A stretch of DNA of 64,000 bases, from positions 1,798,001-1,862,000 of the forward strand of contig JAWMAR010000388.1 in the NCBI GenBank assembly GCA_036785375.1. Direction: 5' to 3'. The DNA comes from Leucoraja ocellata (lineage: Eukaryota). A model generated the notes under the pieces. The model was given only the letters and a program-made list of their open reading frames with translations. It was not told the origin of the DNA and ran no database searches. This document shows, in pieces, positions 62,475 to 64,000 of the stretch. The position numbers and the translations under genes were made by a program. Position 1 is the first letter of the stretch. Every line of letters begins with the position of its first letter.

Positions 62475-63800
62475 TAGACACAAAATGCTGGAGTAATTCA
62501 GTGGGACAGGCAGAATCTCTTGAGAGAAGGAATGGGTGATGTTTCGGGCTTCTTCAGACTGATGTCAGGGGAGTGGGCGGTACAGAGTTAAAATGTAGTT
62601 GGAGCCAGCAAGACTGGTGGGAGAACTGGGAAGGGGAAGGGAATGGCCAGAGAGGAAAAGCAAGAGCTGCTTGATGTTAGAGAAGTCAATGTTCATACCG
62701 CTGGGGTGTAAGTTGTCCGAGCAACAGATGTTCCTCCAATTTGCACTGGGCCTCACTCTGACAATGGAGGAGGCCCAGGACAGAAAGGTCAGTGTGGGAA
62801 TGGAGGGTGAGTTAAAGTGTTGAGCAACCGGGAGATCAAGTAAGTTTAGGTGGACTGAGCAGAGGTGTTCTTCGAAATGATCGCTGAACCTACGCTTGGT
62901 CTCGCCGATATACAAGAATCCACACCTGGAACAGCGGTTACAGTAGATGAGGTTGAAGGAGGTGAGTGAACTTCTGCCTCACCTGACACAACTGCTGGGG
63001 TCCTTGGATGGAGTTGATGGGGAGGTATAGGGACAGGTGTTGCAGGGGAAAGTACCTGGGTGGGAAGGGAGGAGTTGGCCAAGGATGTGCGATGGGAGCT
63101 GTCTCTGCGGAAAGCAGAAAGGGGTGGAGATGGCTAGTAGTGGGATCATGTTAGAGATGGCGAAAATGTTGGAGGATTATGTGCTATATGCGGCAGCTGA
63201 TGGGGTGGAAGCCGAGGACAAGGAGGAATCTGGCCTTGTTACGAATGGGGGGGAGGGAGAGCAAGAACGGAGCTGCAGGATGTTGACAAGATCCTAGTGA
63301 GAGCCTCATCTATAATGGAAGAGGGGATCCCCATTCCCTGAAGAATGAGGACATCTCGGATGACCTGGTATGGAACACTTCATCATGGGCGCAGATGCGG
63401 CGTAGGAGGAGGAATTGGGAGTAGGCAGAGAGTCTTGACAGGAAACACGCTGGGAAGAATCTAGATAGCAATGAGAGTCAGTGGGTTTGTCATAGATGTC
63501 AGTCGATAGCCTGTCTCCTGTGATGGTGACGGTCAGATCTGGAAACGACATGGAGATGTCGGGGTGGTCCAAGTGAATTTCAGTGCAGGATGTAAATTTG
63601 GTTGTGACGTTAATGGTCAGTTAGTTCTGCCTTGGTACAGGAGGTGGCACCGATGCAGGCGTTCATGTAGCACAGGTAGAGTTTTTAAATTTAAATGACG
63701 AAGGTGACTTGAGAGCTGGGGGCTGGGGAGTAAAATATGGGCACAAGAATGATGAAGAGAGCGTGTGCAGGGTGCTATGATTCTAAATTGAAGAAATCGG
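62475..63800 (-). mobile_element. Degenerate Penelope-like element (RT + GIY-YIG endonuclease)
   Basis: YIGETKRRFSDHFEEH...PVAQHFN and DLTVTITGDRLSTDIYDKPTDSH motifs. Confidence 0.88.
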
Positions 63801-64000
63801 TGTTTATACTGTTCCATTGAAAGACATCCAAGTGGATCATCATCGGGTGCTGCTCTCCACTGTGTGTGAGGCCAAGATTGACAATGGAAGATGCTCGGTG
63901 TGGGAATGGGAAACAGAGCTTAACTGACTGTGAACCTTACAGAGAGATCATAATGGTCATCAAAACGGTTGCCTGGTCACTCTTGGTCTCACCAATGTAC

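Overview
Vertebrate (non-microbial) genomic DNA, most likely from a cartilaginous fish and probably a skate, judged from the IgM sequence, the cluster-type IgH layout and the CR1/Rex1/Penelope/V-SINE repeat content. The only host gene is one complete, apparently intact IgM heavy-chain minilocus on the minus strand, about 31.5-43.9 kb. Its parts are leader, VH, JH, Cmu1-4 with secretory tailpiece, TM1 and TM2, all with canonical GT-AG splice sites in compatible phase. The VH is not followed by the usual 23-RSS and free D segments. It runs in frame into 21 nt of D-like/junction sequence ending in a 12-RSS that faces the 23-RSS of J, so this is a pre-joined V-D(D) gene needing a single RAG step. 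The J-Cmu intron holds an inverted pair of ~150-bp elements, each with a perfect Ig octamer (candidate intronic enhancer). Positions 1-22.6 kb are a degenerate ~10-bp telomere-like satellite interrupted by a nested ~6-kb Helitron. The Helitron carries a P-superfamily-like MITE (CAAAG termini, 8-bp TSD; a second copy lies at 26 kb) and two 40-bp TIR-only remnants that look like P-element excision footprints. The rest is LINE/SINE/PLE/DNA-transposon debris and five assembly gaps. All alignments were done by eye; family assignments come from recalled family features, not database searches.
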